A DNA stretch of 63,229 nucleotides, the filler included, from Neoconidiobolus thromboides FSU 785 (lineage: Eukaryota > Fungi > Entomophthoromycota), in the NCBI GenBank assembly GCA_025603075.1. It is 5 parts of 5 records of this genome, joined end to end, with 100 filler letters (N's around TTAATTAATTAA, not from the genome) between each part and the next. Parts side by side here need not be neighbours in the genome. Positions count along the whole stretch, not along the records: positions 1 to 18,148 come from MU626568.1; positions 18,249 to 48,832 come from MU626486.1; 3 more parts are not named here. One strand, 5' to 3'. The translations under genes and the position numbers were made by a program. Shown here piece after piece: positions 14,094 to 24,840 of this stretch. Numbering within the stretch: the first letter of the stretch is position 1; each line of letters starts with the position of its first letter. Under the pieces are notes generated by a model. The model was not told the DNA's origin and searched no databases. It saw nothing but the letters and a program-made list of their open reading frames with translations.

Positions 14094-14560
14094 TGTGAAA
14101 TATCGTTTTATCAGCCCTATGGTCAATTGTAGTATAATAATCACTTAAGCTGTTGTGTTCTCGAGTTCAGAGAAAATCAACTCCACGTTCTTAGCTTGAT
14201 TTGCTATGAGAATTTCTAACTCCATTCCAAAGAATATTATCTTCTTATTTTGATATTTATACTTTTCAGAGTATAAAAGAGTTTACAGAGTATAGTTGTT
14301 CGAGGCCTTTTACTGAATTGACTCTTGATATCTCGAACATTTAATAAAGCCACTAAGTTTTCTTAATAGTATTTTACATAGGTTTTACATTAGTATTGTC
14401 TATTATATCTGTCTTATATAACTTGTAACCTATTACGTGCTATTTCTCATAATCCAAGTCTATCTTAGTCACATAAACTAAGACCTTTCGGCTTATAATG
14501 TAGTCAACCCAGCAATAGCTGTTCTTGACTCCAAACCCTGAGTACCAGATTTCACACCAG
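14094..14560 (+). mobile_element. ~467 bp insertion, solo-LTR-like (TGTGAAAT...ATTTCACA inverted ends)
   Basis: Splits the transposase reading frame. Its last 105 bp recur at 61816-61920 with 3 mismatches. Contains tataaaag (14272) then aataaa (14343). No clear TSD, so class is uncertain. Confidence 0.55.
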
Positions 14561-14925
14561 TATACAATTAGAAAAAAGTTATTTGAAAATAAAATAAATA
14601 CAAAAATAAAAAACAAAGCAGAGATAGAAGAAATTTTCAATGAAGTAAAAAATTATACAAATTGCATAAATTCTGTGTTGATACTCAAAAAAACACATTT
14701 AATGAAACTATCAAAAAACTAAATAATAGAAGTTGTATAATGATCTTAGATTTTAAACAAAATATGGAAATAGGAACAAGACCAGATTCAATAAATCTAT
14801 ATCATTATAATAAACAAGCTATATCAGTATTAGGTTTTGGTGTATTATATTTAAAAGATGATAAAACAATAGGCAAAGTTTACTTTGATTATTTATCTGA
14901 AATATTGAATCATGATTCAGCACAT

Positions 14926-15023
14926 GGGGATGTGCTTTTATGTTTAAGAATCTTACTAACAAATTTTCCGCTTAAATAGCGCTTAAAAGGTGGAAAAAGT
15001 AACGAAGCCAAAAAAACATCCCC
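14926..15023 (+). mobile_element. MITE copy inside the transposase remnant
   Basis: ggggatgt...acatcccc, flanks acat/atat, near-consensus core ttttccgcttaaatagcgcttaaaaggtggaaaaag. Confidence 0.9.
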
Positions 15024-16379
15024 ATATGTTTAAAGAAATTCATAAAATAAATAGTAGTTTGAATGTTAATCCTAATTTTTTTGCTGAGCATCATGGAAAA
15101 AGTATAGTTGATGAACATTTTAGAAACCTTTCAAAATGGAAAAGTAGTTTTGAAGCGTTAGGTAAAATAGAAGATATCAATCAATTAATCTCAAGATTTG
15201 AGGCTTTTGTTTGCGAGTATAATAAAATTAATAACTTGACTGTTAATAATGGGAAAACAGATATAATTTTTAAAAAGTATGAAAGAAACAAAAATACAAA
15301 AAGAATAATAGAGATGCAAGGCATTAAGAAGTATCTACACTTTATTAAACATAACAATAAACTACATCGTTATCCAGTATCTGATACATAAAAAAAAAGC
15401 GATATAATTCCAATTAAAGTTATAGAGTCTATAGAAAATAGAAAAATTAAAAGATCAATCCCAGCTTATCTTACGAAGATAACAGAGAATTTAAAATTTT
15501 CGATATTTACTAAACAAGTAAGTAGTTTGTTGAATGATAGAAATAGATTATTAAATGTTACTATTACTTAAGTTATTAATACCTAAGTTAATAAATAGTC
15601 AAAGAACAAGTAACTGTAATAATATGTAAAAACTACTATTACTTGTACTATATAGGGATGGTTAATTATAGTTTTGAGGCTAACCACTCCCTCCCATGCA
15701 GCTATTTGTTAAATTGGCAATATATTAATAATGTAATTATAACACTAAAATAGTTTATTTATTTGATAATAAATCTACAATGTTGGTTATAAAGCAGTTG
15801 ATAATAAATATTTCTCAATTAAGCTTTATAAGAATATGTATTTAAGGTCTAGTAAAAATTTAACTAACTTACAGTATAAACTATAATAGAATGATTTAGA
15901 ACTGTGTCTGGGTACTTTTATTTTAATAAAAGATTTGATTTTATAAAATTTTAAGCAAAGTTTTTAAAATACGAAATTTTCCAAAAATTAGATAAAATAA
16001 TGAAACTAATTCAGACAACCCCAATTGCATAAAAATAATTTTAAAAACAATTTAATTTAAAAACAATTTTATTAAATCTAATAAATCTTATCTTTTATTT
16101 GCTCTATATTATTAGTATATAAAGGTATTTTTAAGGATTTTTATATAAAAAACTCCAAATATAAATGCTACTTTATTAATTTAATAATTGATTGTAATAA
16201 TAATTGTAAAAACAATTAAATATGTTTTTAAATTTTCATATAATTGTTTTGGAGTTTTGTTGTTTAGATTTATTATAGAAAACTATTATTTAATTACAAA
16301 AACACTATCGTTATATTTTAATATTCATACTTAGTATTTATAATACACAACTATAACTATTATTGTGTTCCTTATATAT

Positions 16380-16479
16380 GGGGCTGCATTCTTTTGTTTA
16401 AGGATTTTACTAACAAGTTTTTCCACTTAAATAGTGCTTAAAAAAATGGAAAAAATAATGAAGCCAAAAAAACACCCCT
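16380..16479 (+). mobile_element. MITE copy
   Basis: ggggctgc...acacccct with core tttccacttaaatagtgcttaaaaaaatggaaaaa. Confidence 0.85.
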
Positions 16480-16504
16480 ATGTCAAAAAAAATCATGTTT
16501 CATA

Positions 16505-16567
16505 TTAAAGTACTATTTAGGTGGAAAAACTTGTTAGTAAAATTCTTAAACAAAAAAATAAATCCCT
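16505..16567 (-). mobile_element. MITE left half, inverted, next to the previous copy
   Basis: Reverse complement matches the first ~60 bp of 16380-16479. Followed by ATAT. Confidence 0.75.
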
Positions 16568-17044
16568 ATATAATAATTTTTTTTCTGAAATATTTAATAC
16601 CGTTTTTTTAATAAATTCATTAAGTCTTTTTTTAGTGTTATATATAGGATATATGACTATGTTTTCCATTTTACTTGTTTTACATGGTCTATAGCTTATT
16701 GTACGTTATTTTTTATATTTAGGTCTATTTTAGTTGTACAAACTAAAACTTGTTAGCTTTTAATTTGATAAAAATCTACGATAAATCTTAACTCCAACCA
16801 CAGAGCACCAAATTCCACACGAAAAAACAATGTAATAATCTCCCCTTTTTTTAGATACTGTATAATAGTTATTAAATGTTTATACATTAATACTTTTTTT
16901 TTTTGAAATTTATAGATAATATAAGCAACCCTGTCTCTTGATTTTTATTAAGAAATTTTATAACGGTTTGTTTAATTTTTTTTGAGGCAGCTATGTAGGG
17001 TCGTAAATACTGTATACGTTATATCAAACTATACTTTACACATT

Positions 17045-18148
17045 CTCTTTATATTGACAAACAAAGCACTTGAAGCGCAAGCCTTTCAAGAAAAAAATAC
17101 TTCACTTTATTCAATATGATAGAATGCAGTAAATTGAAGAACATGAAAACTTGTTTAACATTTGTTTTTGATAACGAATTCGGATAGAGTCAATAGGGTT
17201 AATTAAACAGCATAATGGAATATACCTTTATATCACTAGTTATTTAGTTATTCATTTAAAATTAATTGCGACATCCTATATAAAAAATTTACACTTACGA
17301 AACGATATTTTTTACCATATTTAGATATTCACATCTATCACATATTCCCACTATATGAGGATGTTTTTTAGTTATATCATTTTTCCATTTTTAAGCGCTA
17401 TTTGAGCGGAAAAATCGTTAACACAATTCTTCAAAAAAATATATCCCCATGGTGTTTTCTATCATGCTCTTAAAATGGCTATAAAGTTTATAAGTTAATT
17501 TTTATTTTATTATAAAGCAATTTGTTATATCTGGTCAGTAATTAAATTTAATAGATATACATTAAAATGCCAACTAAGCATATACTATTTATTAGTTTAT
17601 CTATCCAATTATAGATATTACATAAAAATGGATTTAAGTTAAAATAGGAATTTACATACTATAGTATGCCCTTTAATTAATTATTTGAAATGATATAATA
17701 AAAGAAATCTAGATATAGTCTTAATTACATTAAGAATGGTTTTATTTACTAATTTTGTTATTTATAAAAATATAATTTATTGATTTTTCAAGTTCCTATT
17801 ATCTTATATTTTGGTTCTAATAAACCTCACCATGTTCAAAAGTCATGTTTAACTCTAAATAGATACAAAGGGCAATTAAAATGTATCCAAAAGTAAATAA
17901 AACAATATCATCACCTCCTTATGATTTCATTTTAAGTAAGTATCGAATTATCCTAAATATCGTATTACTATAAATTATTCTAGATGCTTTCTTATTAGAA
18001 ATGTATAGCTTATACTTTATTAAATATCTTATATGATCACAATTTTAATTAATTAAAAGTTAATTGAATTACTTCATTAAAGTAATGCTTTGTAATAAAG
18101 GATGAATATTAATTGGCCATATGTATAGAATTGTACTATTGATAAATA
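17045..18148 (-). repeat. Right arm of long inverted repeat (partner 54-1345), truncated by gap
   Basis: See left arm. The arm runs into the N gap at 18149. Confidence 0.92.
17357..17448 (-). mobile_element. MITE copy
   Basis: gaggatgt...atatcccc with core ttttaagcgctatttgagcggaaaa. Confidence 0.85.
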
Positions 18149-18248
18149 NNNNNNNNNNNNNNNNNNNNNNNNNNNNNNNNNNNNNNNNNNNNTTAATTAA
18201 TTAANNNNNNNNNNNNNNNNNNNNNNNNNNNNNNNNNNNNNNNNNNNN
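18149..18248. other. Artificial scaffold spacer (44 N + TTAATTAATTAA + 44 N)
   Basis: The same 100-nt structure occurs four times. The 12-mer gives stops in all six frames. Confidence 0.97.
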
Positions 18249-18349
18249 ACTTCATAACCACCAACGATACGAGCAGGTGGGAAAAGACCAGTTTCTTTGG
18301 TTTGAGCAGCTACAAGAGATAAAAGAGATAATAAAATAGCAGACTTCAT
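18249..18349 (-). CDS. Trypsin-like serine protease, 5' end only (signal peptide to IVGGYEV), truncated by gap
   Basis: MKSAILLSLLSLVAAQTKETGLFPPARIVGGYEV. 100 of 101 nt identical to 23137-23237. Confidence 0.85.
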
Positions 18350-19500
18350 TTTTAATTTGTTTAAAGTTAAAGTTTGATGCTCTCTTTTTATATACTTCTC
18401 TATCCTTAGCTACACAACAATTTATTTATAATTTTTTGTAATTGGAACGTGAGCGTGACTCGACGTGATGTATCTATATTTATATAATACAAGTTATTAT
18501 TTAATACTTTTTAACTTAGCTAACTATCTATTATATCAGGGATGTAGCAAGTCCACAAGGATCAATTTTAATGCGTGATACTAAAGTCAATTATCTATCC
18601 ATTTTATTTAATTTGATTTTTATTCTCTAAAAAATTCACTCATGATACATACCTGATTTACTGAGTCATGTTTTATGTTTAATTTAAAAATATATCAGTA
18701 AACTAAACTTTTTATATTTTTGATTTAAATAGTCAAATTTTTAATGTTTTCATACAAGCGATACTAGATTATTGTTTTAAATATTTATGGTCAAACTCGA
18801 ACATTGCTATTGTAAATCTGCGACTCAGCATAAAACTATATTTAATCTCTTTAAAATTTTGATTATGTAACTATTTAACCGAATGAAAGATATTGTAGCT
18901 TATTCAAATGATAATTGTGTTATTTCTAAAGCTCGACTTTAAACTAAAATATCCTATTTAAAGCTTTATTTTAAAACAGCGGTTTGGTGAAGTAGCCACC
19001 AACAGCCGTTAAATTATTGCATTAATTTAAACCGCAAACTGTTTGAGTTAGTTTTCATTCATTACAGAATCCAGAATAATTGAATAATATTCATTGTACA
19101 AACTTGTAATTGTAACCTTCAAAGATAGCTGCTACACTTATTATAACTTTATAGAGTAATAATTATTGATTTATACTTACTCATTCCTTCATAGATAATT
19201 TATAAATATATTTTAAAATTCGATTGAAGCTTTTGTTGTTATAACAGCTAAAGCTCAAAACATTTGATATTTATTTTAACATAAAAATAATCGTATGTAA
19301 TAAATTTATCAACTCTTACTATAAAGTATTTAAAAAGACTAAGCATAAAACCCAGAAGGTTTTGTGGTTTATTCAGCTGAAAATGCTATATTAGAAAATC
19401 AAAAGAATTTTCTTAATGATGTCATATGCTGCTAAATATCTAACTTTCTCTAATGATACAAAAAGCACAAACAATTTAAAAGAATTGTATTTATTAAAAA

Positions 19501-20277
19501 TTATAGATTTTGCTTAATAAAATCTCTAATAACAGAAGTACGAGTGTAAACACCTGGTTTTCCTTTGAGGGCACAACCTTCGCCCCACGACACAATACCG
19601 ACCAATAATGGAGAGCCATTTTCCTCAATAAATATTGGGCCTCCAGAGTCATCTTGACATGAGTCTTTACCGCCTTCTGGGTACCCAGCACAAAATTGGG
19701 ATGTAATGTTCATTCCATTATAAGCTGTTTTTTTACAATTGTTGGCATTAAATACTGGTACTTTGACCTCTAATAGAATATTTGAAACAGTACCACCGGA
19801 TGAAGTGGTACCCCATCCAATAACTTTTAAAAGAGTGTTATCTTTGTTAGAGTATTTTCCATCATCTAATAGAAGACCTGTAGGAGAATGATCAGGGTTA
19901 TCAAGCTTCCAAATAGCAGCGTCATTTGAAACTGTTTGACTGTTATACAGAGGATGTGGGATACGTTTAATGACCTTATAAACTTTTCCATTCTCAACGC
20001 TAGCAGCTTTACTCAAATCATGGCGATGCACTGCTGCAGTCCAATCGGAATCGTCTCCTCCAATGCAATGGGCTGCAGAAATGACTGTATTCCCATTTAG
20101 TAAGGAGCCTCCACAAGAGTGTACACCTTTATTTTGAAGCGAGACCATCCATGGATATTTAAACTTTGGATTAACCTCATATCCACCAACAACGCGTCCA
20201 GGAGGTAAATCAGCTGAATTAGAAGTGGACTGAGCACTAATTAAAGAAAGCAAGGTTAAATATATGATAGATTTCAT
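19501..20277 (-). CDS. Secreted trypsin-like serine protease (S1A) with atypical DDSGGP
   Basis: Signal peptide, R|VVGG activation site, CGGSL, SAAHC, NDAAIW, GGKDSCQDDSGGP (Asp189 present, Gly193 replaced by Asp). Confidence 0.95.
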   Translation of the reverse strand: MKSIIYLTLLSLISAQSTSNSADLPPGRVVGGYEVNPKFKYPWMVSLQNKGVHSCGGSLLNGNTVISAAHCIGGDDSDWTAAVHRHDLSKAASVENGKVYKVIKRIPHPLYNSQTVSNDAAIWKLDNPDHSPTGLLLDDGKYSNKDNTLLKVIGWGTTSSGGTVSNILLEVKVPVFNANNCKKTAYNGMNITSQFCAGYPEGGKDSCQDDSGGPIFIEENGSPLLVGIVSWGEGCALKGKPGVYTRTSVIRDFIKQNL

Positions 20278-21066
20278 CTTATAATTGTAAAGACTTTAGT
20301 TGTTTTTAATTATTTATATACTTGTTTTTTAGTAAAGCGGGTTGGATTTATTTTAATTCATAATCTATTCATTAATACTAAACATTTACATGATACAATG
20401 ACATGTAATGATCAGTTTATTCCTTTCTTTATGAAAAAATTAATAGTAAACTTTATAGTTATATGCTAAAACATGAGAACTGAGCTGTTGTAAAATTAAA
20501 GTTGATTTTTATAGCATTGTTAATGTGCTATTTATTCTTCATTAAATTTAGTCATCTTAACTTTTATTCTTATCTATTTGTTGTTTTTTCTGTAAAGTTA
20601 AATCCATTTTAATATTATATGGTATGATATATAGCTTTAATTATCTACAAACATTAGCCCATAGCTACAGCTTTATAGTTTATTATGAAATATATCCTAA
20701 AAAACAATAGGTATAAAAATACACAATTTAATTTTGATAAAGATAACAAGTGACGAAAAAAGAAATTATTTTTAGAAAATAAATTAATAAGTTTCATCAG
20801 ATGATCTCAAATGTAATAGATAAGTTTTTGTACAACTGTTGTTTTGTGTAATATTAAACAAGGTGTGTATATATGGAAAATACATTTACAAGAGTTTTTT
20901 TAATTGAAGATTAATAAATACACAATTGTTAACTGAATGCAAATGCTAACAAAACAATAAATTAGATAATTTTATATGAGCTTGTTTTTTAATTAAAAAT
21001 TTATTTTACTAATTAAAAAGTGAAAAAAAAAATTTCTTTTTGTTAAAAAGTGAAAAAAAATTACGC

Positions 21067-21114
21067 AATAGCCGCTTAAAGGTGGAGGAGTAGTTGGAAG
21101 TAGAAAGCATCCTT
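21067..21114 (+). mobile_element. MITE right half, degenerate
   Basis: aatagccgcttaaaggtggagg...gcatcctt followed by atat. Confidence 0.55.
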
Positions 21115-21150
21115 ATATACAATCAACTTTACTTTAATATTTAATAAGTT

Positions 21151-21250
21151 GAGGATGTATTTTTGTGTTTAAGAACTTTACTAACAAACTTTCCACTCAA
21201 ATAGCGCTTAAAAAAATGGAAAAAATAATGGTGTCAAAAAAAACATTCAC
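21151..21250 (+). mobile_element. MITE copy with AGTT target-site duplication
   Basis: agtt|gaggatgt...acattcac|agtt with consensus core. Confidence 0.9.
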
Positions 21251-22278
21251 AGTTAATAGATTAAAATTTACAAAATATTTTTAAAATATTTTACTTTGTA
21301 TTTATTTTGCATTTTCAGTTAATTTTATTTTTTAATAAGTAGTTCATATAACATAATCATAAATGTTTTTATATTTATTTTTTTTATAAATAACAACAAA
21401 TTTTAAATAGCTATAAAATAGTAAATTCTATTCTGAGTATGTTTGATATATATTTATAAACATAAAATAATGATATAAAAATAACATAAAAACATCACAT
21501 AAATAAAAAGTTTATAAATTTCTATAATAGCTTAAACAACTCAAACTTGTTTTTTACTTGAACTATTAATCCTCATCATAAATAATTACAATGAATTTTT
21601 ATAAAGAAAATATTTATAAACAGAATTTAATTACTAAATTTTCTATCATTAGATTAGAACCATAAAAAAGATGTTGATGATACCTACTTATAACATAGCC
21701 TAGTTAAAGTCTTGTAATGTAACGTATTTCATTCTATAGTATATAATAGCTCTTTAATTTACTTCTCAATGACACAAGTTTAAGATATAATATAAAAAAA
21801 TTATTTTAAGCTAAATTGTATCATTTTTAAAATAAGGTTGTTTTAATAAGTTTCTAATCGATTTTTATCAAATTATGGTAATATTAAAAGTAGTATGAAA
21901 AATGGAAACCAAAACAGCAACAATCAAGCAACTTACATATCTGATATAATATAACCTTAGGCTTAATCTTTAAAGTCGTTATAGCATATGAAATAAACAT
22001 ATTTATAATGAATTTAATTGGGTTGTGTTGTTTTGTATAATTTGTTTTTATGTAAACTAACTCAATAAATATACACGCTATAGTTTCTAGAGCTGGTAAT
22101 TTTAAATTATCTCAACTTACTTAAATTTTTTGGCTTATGAAAGATGCTAAAAGCTAGTTTTTAAAATGTATTAGCAAGTATTAGTAATAGTTGTGATCGT
22201 AAAAACATTAGTTAGCTAAAAGTAGATTTAAAAATTAAAATACTCCAGTTTAAAATAATTCAATTTTTATTCAAAAAA

Positions 22279-23237
22279 TTATAAATTTTGGTTGATGAAA
22301 TCAGCAACAGCGGCAGCACGAGTATATACACCTGGATAACCTTTAAGAGCGCATCCTCTACCCCATGAAACAATACCAACTAATACTGGAGCATTATCTT
22401 CTTCAATAAACAAAGGACCTCCAGAATCACCTTGGCATGAGTCTTTACCACCTTCTGGGTAACCAGCACAGAATTGGGTGGTAGTGTCAAGAGTACCATA
22501 AGCAGTCTTTTTGCATTGATCAGCATTGAAGACTGGTACTTTGACTTCGAGTAATACCTTAGATACTGCACCACCAGATGAAGTAGTACCCCATCCAATA
22601 ACTTTTAAGAGAGTGTTATCAGCATTAGCCCATTTACCACTATCTAATAATACACCAGTGGATGGACCAGCTGGGGCATCAATCTTCCAAACAGCAACAT
22701 CATGAGAGAAAGTAGAAGCAACATAATTAGGATGTGAAGTACGTTTTATAACGTTATAAGTGTTACCACTCTCGGCTTCAGGAGTTAATGTTAAATTATG
22801 GCACCAACAACAGCCCATTTACCACTATCTAATAATACACCAGTGGATGGACCAGCTGGGGCATCAATCTTCCAAACAGCAGAGTCATATGCGTTGGTTG
22901 AAGTGTTGTAAAGAGGATGCTTAACGCGCTTTACAACGTTATAAGTCTTACCGCCTTCAGCTTCAGGAGTTTTGCTTAAGTCATGACGATGAACGGAAGC
23001 TTTCCAGGCAGAATCGGCACCAATGACACAATGAGCAGCGGATACAATGGTATTTCCATTAACTAAAGTACCACCACATGAGTGTCTACCATTATACTGA
23101 AGAGAAACTACCCATGAGTATTTAAATTGAGGAGAGACTTCATAACCACCAACGATACGAGCAGGTGGGAAAAGACCAGTTTCTTTGGTTTGAGCAGCTA
23201 CAAGAGATAAAAGAGATAATAAAATAGCAGATTTCAT
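22279..23237 (-). pseudogene. Trypsin gene with a 185-bp internal out-of-frame duplication (pseudogene, chimera or intron-rescued)
   Basis: The 5' ORF (RIVGG, SAAHC, YDSAVW) stops just after DSGKWA. The 3' ORF restarts at HNLTLTP and carries HDVAVW and GDSGGP. 22627-22696 and 22812-22881 are identical 70-mers. Confidence 0.8.
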
Positions 23238-24840
23238 GTTTTCAATAAATTGATAACTAAAACTTGAGTTCTTGAACTTGCTTTTATAGCTTGTTATCAA
23301 TTACTTAGCTACTAATATTTCAAGTTTAGCATACAAATTTTATTGTTTTAAGGATGACCATTATTTGGTCACTAGTTTTTTTCAAAAATGATGCAACACG
23401 ATCATGTTATTAGTTTTTAATTTGCTAAAGGCTAGTATTTATTTTTAATTTATTTAAGTTCAATTAATTTAGTAAAACGCAAACCTTTGTTTTTTATTAA
23501 ATAATATTATTATTGCCATTTTTGTCTTAAAAATATAATATGACATTCTAATACCATTGCTTATATTTGTATTATAGTAATGGTTCCTTTATGTTGCGCA
23601 TGTGCCTGTCTTCAACTATTGCTTTTTACTGTAGGTCACATTTTATTAAATAGTACATTAAATATACTAAGTTTATATAAAGAATAAACACATTTATAAT
23701 ATGCTATCAGGTTTCAAATATCTAGTTCAATAAATTTTGTTTTAGATGATAAACAAAAAGGCACTCTAAGCTACTTTATTAATTGTGTGATTAGTGTACA
23801 AGATTTATATTAAAATTTTCGCTTTTACTTATTTTTATAAAATATACTTTTAGACTGATCAGATTAGATAGTTTTTTGATACTATTGGTCTTAATTTGAG
23901 GAGTATAGCTCTATATTTATGTAAACTGTAAAATAAACTACGGAATTTCGTATATACGATGAACTCATCTGGCATTAATTATATAAAAAAAAAGTTGTAT
24001 TAAAATTTAGCTGAAGTACATTTCAATATCTCATAGTATATTATTCTTTATATTTTTTATATTTTAGCATTTGTTTAAAGAATAAGCTTTAATGTTATCA
24101 TATAACATTCACCATAAAAATCCTAGACTAAAATCACAGAAAAGCTTTAAATTTTATTTCAAAAATTAAAAATATGTTACATTGAAAGGGATAATATATA
24201 ATAACTAGAGAGATAAAAAACATTTTTAATAATGGCTTATCTTGTTAACTCATTTTTAAAATAAGATGAGTAGTCTCCTACTTCTCATATAAATACTAAT
24301 AATTGAATTCTTGTTCAAGTATCCCAGATTAATAATAGCTTAGTTAAAATTTATTATTTATCTTATATAGATTAGAATGATAAAATAAAGCATGAATCTA
24401 AAACAAGTTTTCGATTTTTATGTATTTCAAACTTGTTTTTATTAGCTCTTCGGTACTTTGTATAGTGGACAAATACTCTGAAATATGACAAGGATTTTAC
24501 TGAAATTTAGACTGTAAATTTAGACTGAAATCTTCCTAAAGAAAGCCTGTACCTGATCTGCAATAAGGGCCGAAGTCAAAGGTTTTGGAGAAGTATTGAA
24601 AGTCGTTGTCAGTCAGAAGTTATCTTGACTAACTTTCCAAAACAAAATTTGTAACCTCAATATGTAATTAAAGTTATAAATTAACTACAAATATGGTCTG
24701 ATGCAAATCTGCTACCAACATTCTAAAATAGTCAATTTTTTATTTCAAGAGTAAAATTAAACAAATAACTATGAAAAACAGAAAAGTTTAGCTCATATTG
24801 GAATTATTTTTATTAAGTGTCTAAAATTAATTTTTTAATT

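Larger units (their letters stand above)
13709..15391 (+). pseudogene. Transposase remnant (RNase H-fold DDD/E type) with frameshifts and two nested insertions
   Basis: Collinear fragments MQAFITKL ... QHCN ... CIMILDFKQN ... SVLGFGV ... YFDYLSEILNHDS ... NFFAEHHGKSIVDEHF. Interrupted by 14094-14560 and the MITE at 14926-15023. Confidence 0.7.
13436..16022 (+). mobile_element. Decayed cut-and-paste DNA transposon, Sola2-like
   Basis: Imperfect TIRs gaggatgtctaaattagtttcat (13436) and atgaaactaattcagacaacccc (ends 16022) enclose transposase fragments. Both ends recur elsewhere (left at 48473; right at 47711 and 62984). Flanks gtat/aatt do not match as a TSD. Superfamily inferred from GRG termini and the family's 4-bp TSDs. 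Confidence 0.7.

Noticed and set aside
18193-18204. TTAATTAATTAA palindrome repeated four times within N runs
   Set aside because: Identical 44N/12/44N layout at every gap marks an assembly spacer. ORFs extending into it are artefacts.
18974-19044. Nested imperfect inverted repeats forming a small hairpin
   Set aside because: Single occurrence with imperfect pairing and no element ends.
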